From Pocillopora damicornis (lineage: Eukaryota), in the NCBI RefSeq assembly GCF_003704095.1, contig NW_020843829.1:868001-932000 (forward strand): DNA of 64,000 nt, in the 5' to 3' direction. Under the pieces are notes generated by a model, which saw nothing but the letters and a program-made list of their open reading frames with translations, ran no database searches and was not told where the DNA came from. This document shows positions 1-11,500 of this stretch, piece after piece. Numbering within the stretch: the first letter of the stretch is position 1; every line of letters starts with the position of its first letter. The translations under genes and the position numbers were made by a program.

Positions 1-431
1 ATTAGACTCCACTCAGTACAATTACTATTGCTAAAACCTTTTAAATGATATAAAGTTTGGGGTGGTTTGTTAAAAAGAAGCGCGCGCACGAATTTTTTTC
101 TTTTGTTTCAGCTCTTTAAGACACCCGCGAAGGATTGGATTAACCTTAATTCCTCAATTTTTCTTTGAACGAAAATCTGAACTCTTTCTCTCCAAAACAT
201 ATTTTACTCTTGAGCTTAAGCCTACGTTTTTCTTTACACCGTAATTTGTTGAGCCAAAGCTGCTAAAGTCAACCCTGGCCACGGCACCTCAACCTTGCTA
301 ATACCTTTATCGTCCTTTATAATTACTGGCGCGTTTCTTTTTTCATTTATAGCATTTCCAAATTTGTGGTGGCATTTTAGTTTCTAACGGAACTCTGTTA
401 ATAAACAAGTTATGTTTACTTTTCTCTTCAG

Positions 432-2019
432 GAGGAGGAGAAGAAGGATATGCAAGAGGAAGGTTCTTAAATGTTTAGAACACGAACCCCTGGGGAACAT
501 AAAATGTCCACATAAGTCTCAGGAGAAAGCCCGTTTTAGAACAATTGATGGAACTTGCAATAACGTGAATCAACCCCTTTTTNNNNNNNNNNNNNNNNNN
601 NNNNNNNNNNNNNNNNNNNNNNNNNNNNNNNNNNNNNNNNNNNNNNNNNNNNNNNNNNNNNNNNNNNNNNNNNNNNNNNNNNGTCCCAGTACCAGTCAGT
701 CCACGACGTCGATCTTTTTGTTGGAGGTATGTCTGCGCCAGCGTAATGCCGCCATTCAGCCAATTTCGATTGAGTTTTGTGAAACCAAATCCAAAGTAAT
801 CTCCATAGGGAGCCAATCAAAACTCAAAAAGAAAGGAGGGGGAAAAGCAAATAAACTGACTGAAGGACAGGAAAACGCAAATGATCAAGTCGTTTTTGTT
901 TGAAGTTTTTCATCTGATTGTTTAAGACGGGGACGTAACTTTTCTTGACCGGCCACAAAGAAAAGTGAATCAAAACAAATGCTATCCCGGACTACTTTAT
1001 AGAGTGCATTTCGATTGAGTGTCGTGGTTCTAAAACCAAAGCGATCACAACTACCAATCAGTATATAGGCGCATATCACAAGGAACCAATGAGAACTGCA
1101 AGAAAAAGCAAGCAAACTGCCTCAAGCGCGGGGAAACGCGAGTTATCAAGCCATCTTTGGTTTAACTTTTTGATCCTCATTGATTGGTTCTAAGGTGGAT
1201 CGAGTTTTCTGGACCAATAACAAAGCATAGTAAAGAAAAACCAAAGCAGTCTTGAATTGTTTTTGATGTTTCATTGAAAATTGCTTTACAATTTTTAATT
1301 AACTGAGTATTTGGTCGAGATATGTGCCTGAGCTATTTCTTAGCTTGTAACCACAATGCTGCAAAATCTTTTAACGAATGTGAACCAGGTACACGGGTGT
1401 TCCCGAACCCAACCACTCGTGTAGCCATTCATAACGAAGGATTCGCTTTATCACACCTACTCCAGGACCCACAAAAACCTTTGTTATGATTCTTCACAGG
1501 AATGTTGGAGCCGGCAGATTCAGAGGGAGGAGCACTAGGGAAAACCTTTCAATGTTTATTAGCTGACCAGTTCAAACGCCTACGAGAGGGTGACCGCTTC
1601 TGGCATGAAAATGCGCCAAACCGAAGAAAGAACACTGATAAAACAGCTTTTACGCGATGCCAACTGCAAGAAATAAGAAAGGTTACATTGGCCAAGATAA
1701 TCTGCGACAATGCTGAGAACATCCCTTCTATCCCCAGGAGGGTATTGCAACAGTCAAAGACATTCGTCGATTGTAAAAAGCTACCCGAAATGAACCTGGA
1801 TGTATTTACACCAGATTTCAGATGTCCGCGCCAGGGAAGGTACGTTTGCAACTATTATTGATTTGAAAGCAACTTCACCTGAATTCGGTTTGAACTTTGA
1901 TTAACTGTTATTTGACTGTTTTGTTTTCCGACAGAGTTTTGGGTGACGGCCCAGACCTTGAGGATGAAGATAAAGAAGGATCGACTCGACTGAGTAATCC
2001 GTCCACGAATATGGGATAA
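432..2019 (+). CDS. Heme peroxidase, young subfamily copy A (partial, spans a gap): exon2 start 432-582, gap 583-682, exon5 end 683-726, exon6 1500-1839, exon7 1935-2019
   Basis: Translations RRRRRICKRK...RTIDGTCNN, HDVDLFVG and GMLEPADSEGG...DQFKRLREGDRFW...IICDN. GT-AG boundaries match the other copies in phase. Exon7 reads RVLGDGPDLEDEDKEGSTRLSNPSTNMG*. The pieces on either side of the gap may belong to different genes. Confidence 0.85.
763..1288. mobile_element. Two tandem copies of a CCAAT-rich ~250-290 bp MITE-like repeat in intron 5 of A (also 12180-12599, 23020-23430, 40987-41237, 54186-54455, 54913-55045)
   Basis: Dispersed homologous sequence with termini like AGAGxxxTTTCGATTGAG..CAxTTGAAAATTGCT and no coding capacity. 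Confidence 0.65.
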
Positions 2020-2501
2020 TTCATCAGCCTCTTGACCCCGACTCGTGGATTTGCACTTGATTAATTCTAACTGGGTTTCATGTTTTAAGCTTGATTTGCG
2101 CATGATGTAGATCATATTTTAAATTTAAATTCTTAAGATGGAGTATGAAAATTTTCAGCGAGATAGCTTGTTTATGAAATGTAACGTTTCTTTGTAACTG
2201 GCTGTACTGTTTTTCAAACTTACAGGGGATGGCGCCATTATTATTACCATTTGTAGCCTGCAAGATGTTGCCATTGGTGTATCTGACAGGCATTAAGCTA
2301 ATTTTGCTGTTGTTGTTGTTTCGTAGTTTCGAAACGATCGCCTTATATATTAATGTAGTAAAGTTTACTTCAGTGACGCATCAATCAGTGTCTAGCTCGT
2401 TATTGACTATCAACTTACATGCGCAGCGGATTCGGCACTTTTCGAGTATCAGCCTTATAATCTAAGTTCACAAAGATTGATAAACCATCTCGCTTTGTTG
2501 C

Positions 2502-2690
2502 TTAACCCATTACAAAATAACATCAGTAGGCATATTCTCCATACTATTCTCTGTACATCTCATTGGGTGCTGACAAGGAGAATATTTTTAACAATCAAAA
2601 GCTTGTTTAGCTGATGATCAGTTTCTCTATTCCCGGGACCTATATGAATGGGGTGATATTATGAGAAGAAATTGGATGTTGCACTCTTAA
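2502..2690. mobile_element. TTAACCC-terminated ~200 bp MITE in the 3' flank of the peroxidase copies (also 18770-18960, 24915-25110, 33986-34080, 42830-42935)
   Basis: Homologous to the fuller copy at 61593-61803 (core CATATTCTCCATACTGTTCTCT...AAGGAGAAT). Confidence 0.6.
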
Positions 2691-3169
2691 TTAATTGTCA
2701 ATACTCTACGTGAACTGAACTATCCGCCTCAGTATCGCCGGAAGCATCTTGTTGAAAAGCGATTTTCTGTTCATAGCAAAACTTGATGAAAGAAGAGAAA
2801 GGTTTATGATTGGTCACCGGTTTAAGTGAGTAGTCGTGAATACAATTGTAGAGTTAACCCTTAACTTGTTGTAGCGTTCAGTCACTTTGCCACATGTGCA
2901 ACCTCGAGACAGTTGAATTTCACTTCGATCCCCTTCAGACATCAATTAAGTACAGTTGATTGAAAAACCAAAAAATAAATAAAAAAAAAGGTCTGTGGGT
3001 GAGCTCGTTAACCCTAGTCAGACATAAAATTACTGGCTCATGGATCTCCAAATCGTTTTTCGTATAAAACCGCAACGTCAGGCATCAGTAACACGTCTCT
3101 TCTTATTGAACACCATCTGAACTTTGCACTTTATTTTTTAACCTTAGGAATTTCTACTTTTTGATCAAA

Positions 3170-3562
3170 CTGCTGGGCACCGTCGCGAATAGACTAAATT
3201 CCCGACAGTTGTAAATTTAATTATTCACCAGAATGCCTTCGAAGAGTTCTACTTCGTACAGGGCACTTTTACCAGTTCTTTCTTTAAAAATTTCTCTCTG
3301 TAAGCCAGCAAATCTTGAACATAAAAAGGGGTCAACATGTTCCCCTAAGCTGTATTTTGGTTCACTCGATGTAAAGATCTCTGACAGTGACAGTGCATCT
3401 TTTACTACAATACCCCCAAAGGCCCTGTTACGCTGAGTAAAAGTACATCTTCACAGAAGTAAAACCTTTTTAAATCTACACTCCGTGAAAATAAGTTTTC
3501 TGAATTCGGTGGATATTTCCGACTGCCGGGCATTTAGTCTATTTGAGATCTTGCCCGGTAGT
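3170..3562. mobile_element. Non-autonomous DNA-transposon remnant with ~40 bp inverted termini (homolog 25575-26301; extra right ends at ~4920, 5690, 5970, 7255)
   Basis: GCTGGGCACCGTCGCGAATAGACTAAATTCCCGACAG versus CTGCCGGGCATTTAGTCTATTTGAGATCTTGCCCGG, an imperfect inverted pair. Confidence 0.5.
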
Positions 3563-5175
3563 CTTTTCAAGTGTCGACAACCAAGCGATTTTGTGGTTCG
3601 ATAAGCTCGGAAAAATGATTTTAGAATCACATGGGATATGTAGACAAACATCGAGTTTTCCCAATAGCTTTTATTTGAGGTTTACTGCAATGTTTCCCTC
3701 CATATTTACTGAGCTTGAAGCTCTCCCTTACTGTCACGCCACAGTGGTATAGGAGACAACATTTTACGAAACCAGCGTGACCTCCCGAGCTTTAAAACAT
3801 GCTTGGTACGTTCAAGCTAACCAAAGCCAACGCAATCCTTTGAATAGCTTGGTATTTCTAAATAAACTCGAATATTCCGAATAGTCTGTCCAAAAGCGTA
3901 AAATTCCTAAGTGGCAACAACAGAGCGATGTTATAGGATGCACAATCTCGGAAAATTTATCCAGTTAAGGAGACTCCATAGGGTTTTATGACCGCGTGAG
4001 CTTTAAAACTGTCAACATGAAAACAAACACGGCGGCTCGATACGATCGCACGATTGTTATCTGAAAAGGTGTGTTAAAAACAGTTTCACACAATACATTT
4101 TTTTCTGTGATGGAACCTGGGGTTTCCAGCAACTGCACCCGTAATATTCCTAGGCCTTCTACGCCTAAAGAAGGGGTCAACCGAAAAGAAGACACTGTGG
4201 GACAGACGAGGCGACAGATTCGAAAGTTTACACATGCTCAGATAGAGATCTTGGCGAAGTTCTATTCCATTACGTAATTTTTTGTGACAAAGAAAATAAG
4301 GATCTTTCGAGCAAGATTTATCGCGTTTCCTTGAGTGGAACTTCCCAAGATTTGCTGGACCGCTAAACATAATTGTGCCCTTCCTGGTGTCTGTTGATGA
4401 AAACAGTCATAAGAACAAATTTGAGACAGAGGAAGAAAAAACAAATTTAAATTGCAAATAGCGAGAAAACTGCCATTGTAACCCCTATTTTTTCAGCTTT
4501 TAAATAATCAGCAGGACAAATTTCACAAATTGTGAAAATTTTAAGAGATTTTACCGAAGCAAAGGCAAAGCAAAATTATCGCTGGCGAGCGCCTCCCTTC
4601 GTGGAGCCTTTGCTTAATAACGAAAATCACTTTGATAATATTTACTACAGCAAACGATAGTCCGAACCTTACTCATCTCCCTCTTGATGGCTTTTAGTGA
4701 CATAGAAAGGCGAAAAGATAAAAATTTCAGTCTAGAAGAAGAATACGCTGGCGCGCCCGCCAACATTGAGGAAAAACCCTATGGAGCCACCTTAAACAAC
4801 AATTTAATATTTAAATCGCTTGAAATTTCTAATCAAACATCTGATATTACAAGTTTGGTAACAAACTTCTGATATAAGGAAGTTGGAAGAAACTTTTAAT
4901 GGAAATTCTGTGAAAATTTCTGACTGCCAGGCATTTAGTCTATTTGAGACCGTGCCCGGCTGTCGGGCATTTAGTCACAGCGTAAATTGTAACCTTTTTA
5001 AAGAGCTGCATTTTCTAAGAATATAGACAAATCAAGCATTTCCTCGGTGTAAAAAATCGATCAATTAAAAACAATTGTTTTGGGCTAAAATTTATGTTAA
5101 TTACATCAAATTTAATATCTGGAATCGCTCGACATTTCTAAACAAACATTTGATATTAGAGGGTTGGAAGAACCT

Positions 5176-7230
5176 TTTAGAGCTTATCTTTTTTTTGCTC
5201 TCTCTTTCTCGAATCCAGTGGCTGAGATTCCCTTGTCCTCCGAAAGATTATCTCATTTCAAAAACATATATGCGATAAAAGAAAGAGAACATTTATGGGT
5301 GTTTTTCCATTTGAAAGTGTTTCAGAAAACACGGCCGATGGAAATGTAAAAAAGACAAAAGTTTGACGATTCGGCGAAGTACTACCGGACCGTGCCTGTA
5401 GTTGGAGATAAGAAAATCTTGTCCACCAATGACCTAACAATCCGTCAAGCAGCTATGAACAAGTGTTTGTAAAATCGGTTGTGCGTGCTCTACTTTCCAT
5501 GAATAATCTTATGTCAACCGAGCGATATTAAAGGTGCACAAGCTCGGAGAATTTATCCAATTAAAAAAAAAATTAATATTTGGAATCGGTTGACATTTCC
5601 AAACAAACATATCATATTAGAAGGTTGGAAACAAATATCTGGTATTAGAAGGTTGAAAGAACCTTTTGATGGAAATTCTGTGGAAATTTCTCACTGCCGG
5701 GTATTTACTCTATTTGAAACCGTGCCTGGCTGTCGCACATTAAGTCACAACGTAAATTGTAACCTTTTTGTAGAGCTTCTTTTCAAAAACTGTGAACAAA
5801 TAAAGTGTTTTCACGTAGTAAAACATTGATCAATAAAATACCATTGTTTTGGGCAAATGTTTATTTTGATTACATCAAATTTAATATTTGGAATTGCTTA
5901 ACATTTCTAAACAAACATCTGATATTAGAAGGTTGATAGAACCTTTTGACGGAAATTTTGTGAAATTTCTCACTGCCGGGCATTTAGTCTATTTGAGACC
6001 GTGCTCGGCTGCCGGGCATTAAGTCAAAGCGTCAATTGCAACCTTTCTTTAAGAGCTACCCTTTCAAAAATATAGACAATTCAAATACTTTTTCGGTGTA
6101 AAATCGATCTATAAAATACCATTATTCTGGGCAAATATTTATTTTGATTACAACAAAATTATCACAACAAAAGACGCATTAAACAGATAAAGTTCCTGTT
6201 TGGGGTAGTAAAAAAAGAAATTTGAAGTCAGAAAAGTTAGAGCTGTTCGGTAGTTTCATTGGGAAGAATTTTATTTAATTTAATAGCCTTAGGGTCATCA
6301 AAAAGTCTTTATAACTTTAGTCTCAAAGCATCGTTCTCGCGTCATAACAGACCGAAAAACTATTCGAAGGGTTCTTGGATTGGCCATGGGTCCAAACGAG
6401 ATCAGATTAAGCCATCGAAAAGAATCAGCTGTTTTCAAATCAAAGAACCGAGCGTAGTCACTTGTTAATTAGCCGCTGTAAGAATATTGGTGATGATCAT
6501 AGCGTTAAAAAGATCAGTAAACTAAACTCATCAATGTTTGTAGACCATATAGAGAATAATACGTGGGCGCGCCTAGATATGGGATTTACCTTCGAGTGTT
6601 ACAGCATCTAAAGGAAAAATAAAGCGGGTAATAACTTATCTATTTATCTAGTTTCTTCTCTTTCTCCATTGAATTGAATGGCTGAAATCCAAATCAAATC
6701 CCCACTAGTCCAAAATTGCCTTATTTCACTAACGAAATATTTGCAAGGTTATAGGAGAAATAAAGCCAATTAGAGCTTATCTATTTTTTGCTCTCTCTTT
6801 CTCGAATCCGGTGGCTGAGATTCCCTTGTCCTCCGAAAGATTATCTCATTTCAAAAACATATATGCGATAAAAGAAAGAGAACATTTATGGGTGTTTTTC
6901 CATTTGAAAGTGTTTCAGAAAACACGGCCGATGGAAATGTAAAAAAGACAAAAGTTTGACGATTCGGCGAAGTACTACCGGACCGTGCCTGTAGTTGGAG
7001 ATAGGAAAATCTTGTCCACCAATGACCTAACAATCCGTCAAGCAGCTATGAACAAGTGTATGCAAAATCGGGTGTGCGTGCTCTACTTTCCATGAATAAT
7101 CTTATGTCAACCGAGCGATATTAAAGGTGCACAAGCTCGGAGAATTTATCCAATTAAAAAAAATTAATATTTGGAATCGCTTGACATTTCTAAACAAACA
7201 TCTCATATTAGAAGGTTGGAAGAACTTTTT
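5176..7230 (+). repeat. Near-identical direct duplication ~5176-5620 / 6771-7220 within the amplified upstream region of B
   Basis: Identical 60-aa antisense ORFs at 5258-5440 and 6851-7033; the sequence matches by eye. Confidence 0.85.
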
Positions 7231-7464
7231 TGTCGAAATTCTGTGAAAATTTCTGACAACCGGGCATTTTATTCTATTTGAGACCGTGCTCGTCTGCTGG
7301 GCAATAAGTCACAGCGTAAATTGCAATTCTTTCGAAGAGTGGTCTTTTCCAAAAATATAGACAAATCAAGTGCTTTTTCGGTGTAAAAAATCGATCTGTG
7401 AAAAAACTATTATTTTAGGCAAATATTTATTTTGATTTCATCACAAAAGATGCATTGAACCGAT

Positions 7465-7566
7465 AAAAGTTCCTCTTTGGGGTTATAAAATAAGAAATTT
7501 TAAGTCAGAAAAGCTATAGAGCTGTATGTTCGGTAGTTTCATTGCGAAGAATTAACTGACTCGAAG
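7465..7566 (+). promoter_or_regulatory. Core promoter and non-coding first exon of copy B (TATAAAA 7484-7490; donor GAAG|GTAAGA after 7566)
   Basis: The block recurs upstream of every copy that has a 5' end. Coding exon1 is preceded by an acceptor AG at 8510-8511. Confidence 0.65.
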
Positions 7567-8516
7567 GTAAGAATGAATTGCGTAAGTTAGTTACATGTAT
7601 CTACACCAATACCTTATTCAATATTTCCTACATTATTTAATAGCCTTAGGGTCATCAAGAAGTCTTTACAACTTTAGTCTAAAAGCATCGTTCTCGCGTC
7701 ATAACAGACCGAAAAATTATTCGAATGGCATTGGGTTCCAGACGAGATCAGATTTAGCCGTATTTTTTTTCGAAAATAATCGGCTGTTTTCGAATCAAAG
7801 ACCTGATCGTAATTATTGATTAATTAGCCCCTTTAAAGATATTGGTGATAATCATAGCGTTAAAACATCAGCAAACTAAACCAATCAATATGTAGAGAAA
7901 AGTACATGGGCGTGCGTACATATGGAATTTCTCTTCGAGTTTTCGAGTCAATAGCTCACAATTTTCAATAATTGACTTAGTCCTTACTGAAAGAAGAAAT
8001 CTTTCAGGGACACAGCCAAAAAAGCCTGTGGAAAGCCTTCCAGTTGACGATTTTCGTTCTCAGCCGCGAGAAATGCCATCACCAGAGCCACTGAATACGT
8101 AACTTTTGGTTTTTCTCTTCGTATTTTGGTTTTCTTCCCTTTATAAGAAAGTTTTAACGTCACCGTCTGTAAGCAATACGGATTTTTCAGTGTTTTAATA
8201 GCTATAATTCGAGAAAAATTCCGTCAAACAACATTGGATTTAGAAGAGTGAAGGCTTTGCTGTTAGTTCATCAACCTGACTGATTGACGCGAAAGGCGAG
8301 TTACGCGTCAGCAACTGATTGGCGATATCAAACAAATTGAAAAAATATCGTACTTTTTCACGTGTGTTGTTACGGCTTTTCTCAGGGCTAAAAAACCTTG
8401 TATAACACCGTAGTTTATATGTCGTCAACCATTTTTTAGCAGTAAAATCAATAATTAATTGAATGAACTGTGTGTTGACGGCTCCAAGTTACTTCGTTTT
8501 CCTTTTTTTAGACAAT

Positions 8517-11500
8517 ATGGCAGGACGTTTCCTCGGTGCCTCACTGCTCATCTTGATTGTGGGATTTAAGCAGGGATCCTCTTCTGTTTTGAACGACCCA
8601 GACCAGTTAGAAGGAGACACCTACACTACAGCAGACGTGGCGGATGACCTTGCCGACCTGAATGACCTGGAAATGGAACAGGTGCAAGACAGCGTGTCGG
8701 CCGACGTTTGCAAAGAGATCAAAGCTAAATTCAAAGCCGTGGAGAAAAAATCCATGGCTGAAGCCAAAAAAGAAAAACCTGATAGCCTAATATCAGGGAG
8801 GCAGGCAGCATCTAGAGCAAGTCTGAGAAAAAGCTTTCAGATACTACAACATGGTAAAAGATCAGTGGTGGACGACTCGAAAGTGCTTAGGGCGTTACAG
8901 AATGAAGCTTGTGTCAAATGCGCCATACGAAATATTTGTGAGACGAAGAAGGTTTTGAACCTTCTAGGAATATCTTTGAATATGAAAAGGTAGGCTTCCA
9001 AAACCAAAACACAAAAATGGCGTTCAGAGCTTAATTACTTAAACGTGCATTTTTAAAAATGTCAAATTAAAATCTTAAAATGCGCGCGATTTATTGAGAA
9101 TAATGTATTTAGGTTAAAAAGTTGATAATCTTTCAAGTTGTCATGATCTCCATTAGGCTGGAACTCCCTAACGACCATGTTGCAGCAAACAGCTCAACCG
9201 AATTCGGACCGAACTAGATTCCACCCAGTACAATTACTATTGCTAAAAACCTGTTCAATGATATATAGTTTCGGGTGGTTTTTTTAAAAAAAAAAGTGTG
9301 TGCATGGTTTTTGTTTTCTTTAAGGCACCCGCGAAGGATTGGATTAACCATAATTCCTTAACTTTTCCTTGAACGAAAGTCTGAACTCTTTCTTTCGAGA
9401 ACATATTTTACTCTTGAGCTTAAGCCTACGTTTTTCTTTACACCGTAATTTGTTGAGCCAAAGCTGCTAAAGTCAACTCTGGCCACGGCACCTCAACCTT
9501 GCTAATACCTTTATCGTCCTTTATAACTACTGGCGCGTTTCTTTTTTCATTTATAGCATTTCCAAATTTGTGGTGGCATTTTAGTTTCTAACGGAACTCT
9601 GTTAATAAACAAGTTATGTTTACTTTTCTCTTCAGGAAGAGGAGAAGAAGGATATGCAAGAGGAAGGTTCTTAAATGTTTAGAACACGAACCCCTGGGGA
9701 ACATAAAATGTCCGCATAAGTCTGAGGAGAAGGCCCGTTTTAGAACAATTGATGGAACTTGCAACAACGTCGATCAACCCTTTTTTGGAGCAGCTGGTAC
9801 TCCATTCATACGAGTACAACCAGCTGATTATGAAGATAAGGTCTCGGCACCTCGCGTGGCACAAAGTGGAGACCAGTTACCTAACGCGAGGAACGTGAGT
9901 CGTTTCGTCCATGGCAGCAATGCAGACCGCCAAAACCCTAATTCTCCAAGGCTGACCCACCTGGCCATGAATTGGGGTCAGTTCCTGGACCATGACATAG
10001 CGCTGGCGGAAGTTCAAAACGTTACTTGTGAAACTGTTCTCTCTAATGAGTCAGAGTGTTTCAACGTTGAAGTTCCGGCCGATGATGACGTCTTCCAAAG
10101 CAGAGAAGTTAAATTCTTCGAGTTGGTTCGAGATGCTCCCCATGAGTTTAAAATAGAGTGTTCACCAGGACCAAGAGAGCACACCAACACGATAACAGCT
10201 TTCATCGACGCCTCCAACGTTTACGGCTCTAACGAGACGGAGGCTGAACACCTTCGAGCACCCGACGGGACAATGAGAATTATGACAGCTCGTCACGGCT
10301 GCCCCCTAGGGGATCTTTTACCCGCACAAACAGATCGTGAGACACCATGCGTGTCAAAAGATCCTAACAGACCTTGTTTCGTAGCTGGAGACGAGCGCGC
10401 GAACGAGAATCAAGGTGAGGTCACCAAGTGCCTTAAAAAAGACCGTGGTATATCGACCTTTTTCAAACAGGTTTATAGCGTATTCAGTTTGATTATTTAC
10501 GATTAAAACTGTAAAATAACGTTACGTCTACACATGTATACGTAGACCACGCATTGTCAAAGGTACAGGGTGTCAAGACTTGTACACAGACATCCCTATT
10601 AAGACGTGACTGAAATGATGAGATTGCACATGAGCTCTGTTTAAACCTTTTGGTCCCAAGATCTCAACACTATTGCTTCTGAATGTCTACCATACCTTTG
10701 GTCGGAGGGGAAACTGCTTTTCGGTCATTTCAGGTAATGAAATAATTCATACTCGACAAGCAATATAGAGAGTATCCTGCGCGGGTATTTGTCGAACATC
10801 TTCCTGTCTCAAGCCCTTCCATCTCCTCCTATATTGAATAGTTCTTTTATCTTCTTGCTAATGATACGTATTTTATGGATACAACAGGTCTCATGTCAGT
10901 CCATACTCTCTTCGTCCGTGAGCATAACCGAATAGCAACATTTTTCGATAAAAACACAGGATGGGAAGCGGAGCAGATTTACCAGGAGACCAGAAGAATA
11001 GTTGGGGCGGAATTACAATTCATTACATACAACGAATTTCTGCCACTGCTTCTTAGCCCCAAAACGGTAAGTAACTGTTTTAATCTCTCTTTTTTTTTTG
11101 TCTTTTTTTTTCGAATTCCCAACTGACTTCTTTTCTTCATTTTGTAGATCAGAGACAACAACCTCGCTCTGCTGAAAGGAAAACGGTATTTTAATGGTTA
11201 CAACCCTGGTGTCAATGCTCAAATGTCTCAAGCCTTCTCTGCGGCGGCTTTCCGATTTGGTCACAGTATGGTTCAAGAGGAGTTTCGACGCTTAAGTCAG
11301 AATGGCTTTGAACACAAATATAGCAATGATTGTAAGTCAGAGTTCTTGCCCATCCCTGTAAAGGACTTTGGTAATCCAACCTACTTATACGATAAGTGTA
11401 ATGGGGGTGTCGATTCCATTTTTAGAGGCTTGGTTAAAAGTTCAGCAGCCAAAGTTGATGGGTGAGTACGAGATAAATTTTTAATAGAATCGAACATTCT

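Noticed and set aside
1549-1851. Recurrent antisense ORFs over exon6 (also 23921-24223, 41843-42142, 55634-55936)
   Set aside because: Shadow frames of conserved coding exons; no independent motif
3140-3440. Coding-like stretch on the minus strand inside the inverted-repeat element
   Set aside because: Contains stops and no recognisable transposase motif
4205-4277. RRQIRKFTHAQIEILAKFY resembles homeodomain helix 1
   Set aside because: A stop follows immediately and no WFxNxR helix 3 is found; chance or a very decayed fragment
4830-7330. CRISPR-like repeat array
   Set aside because: Units are long, degenerate duplications in eukaryotic DNA without unique spacers or cas genes
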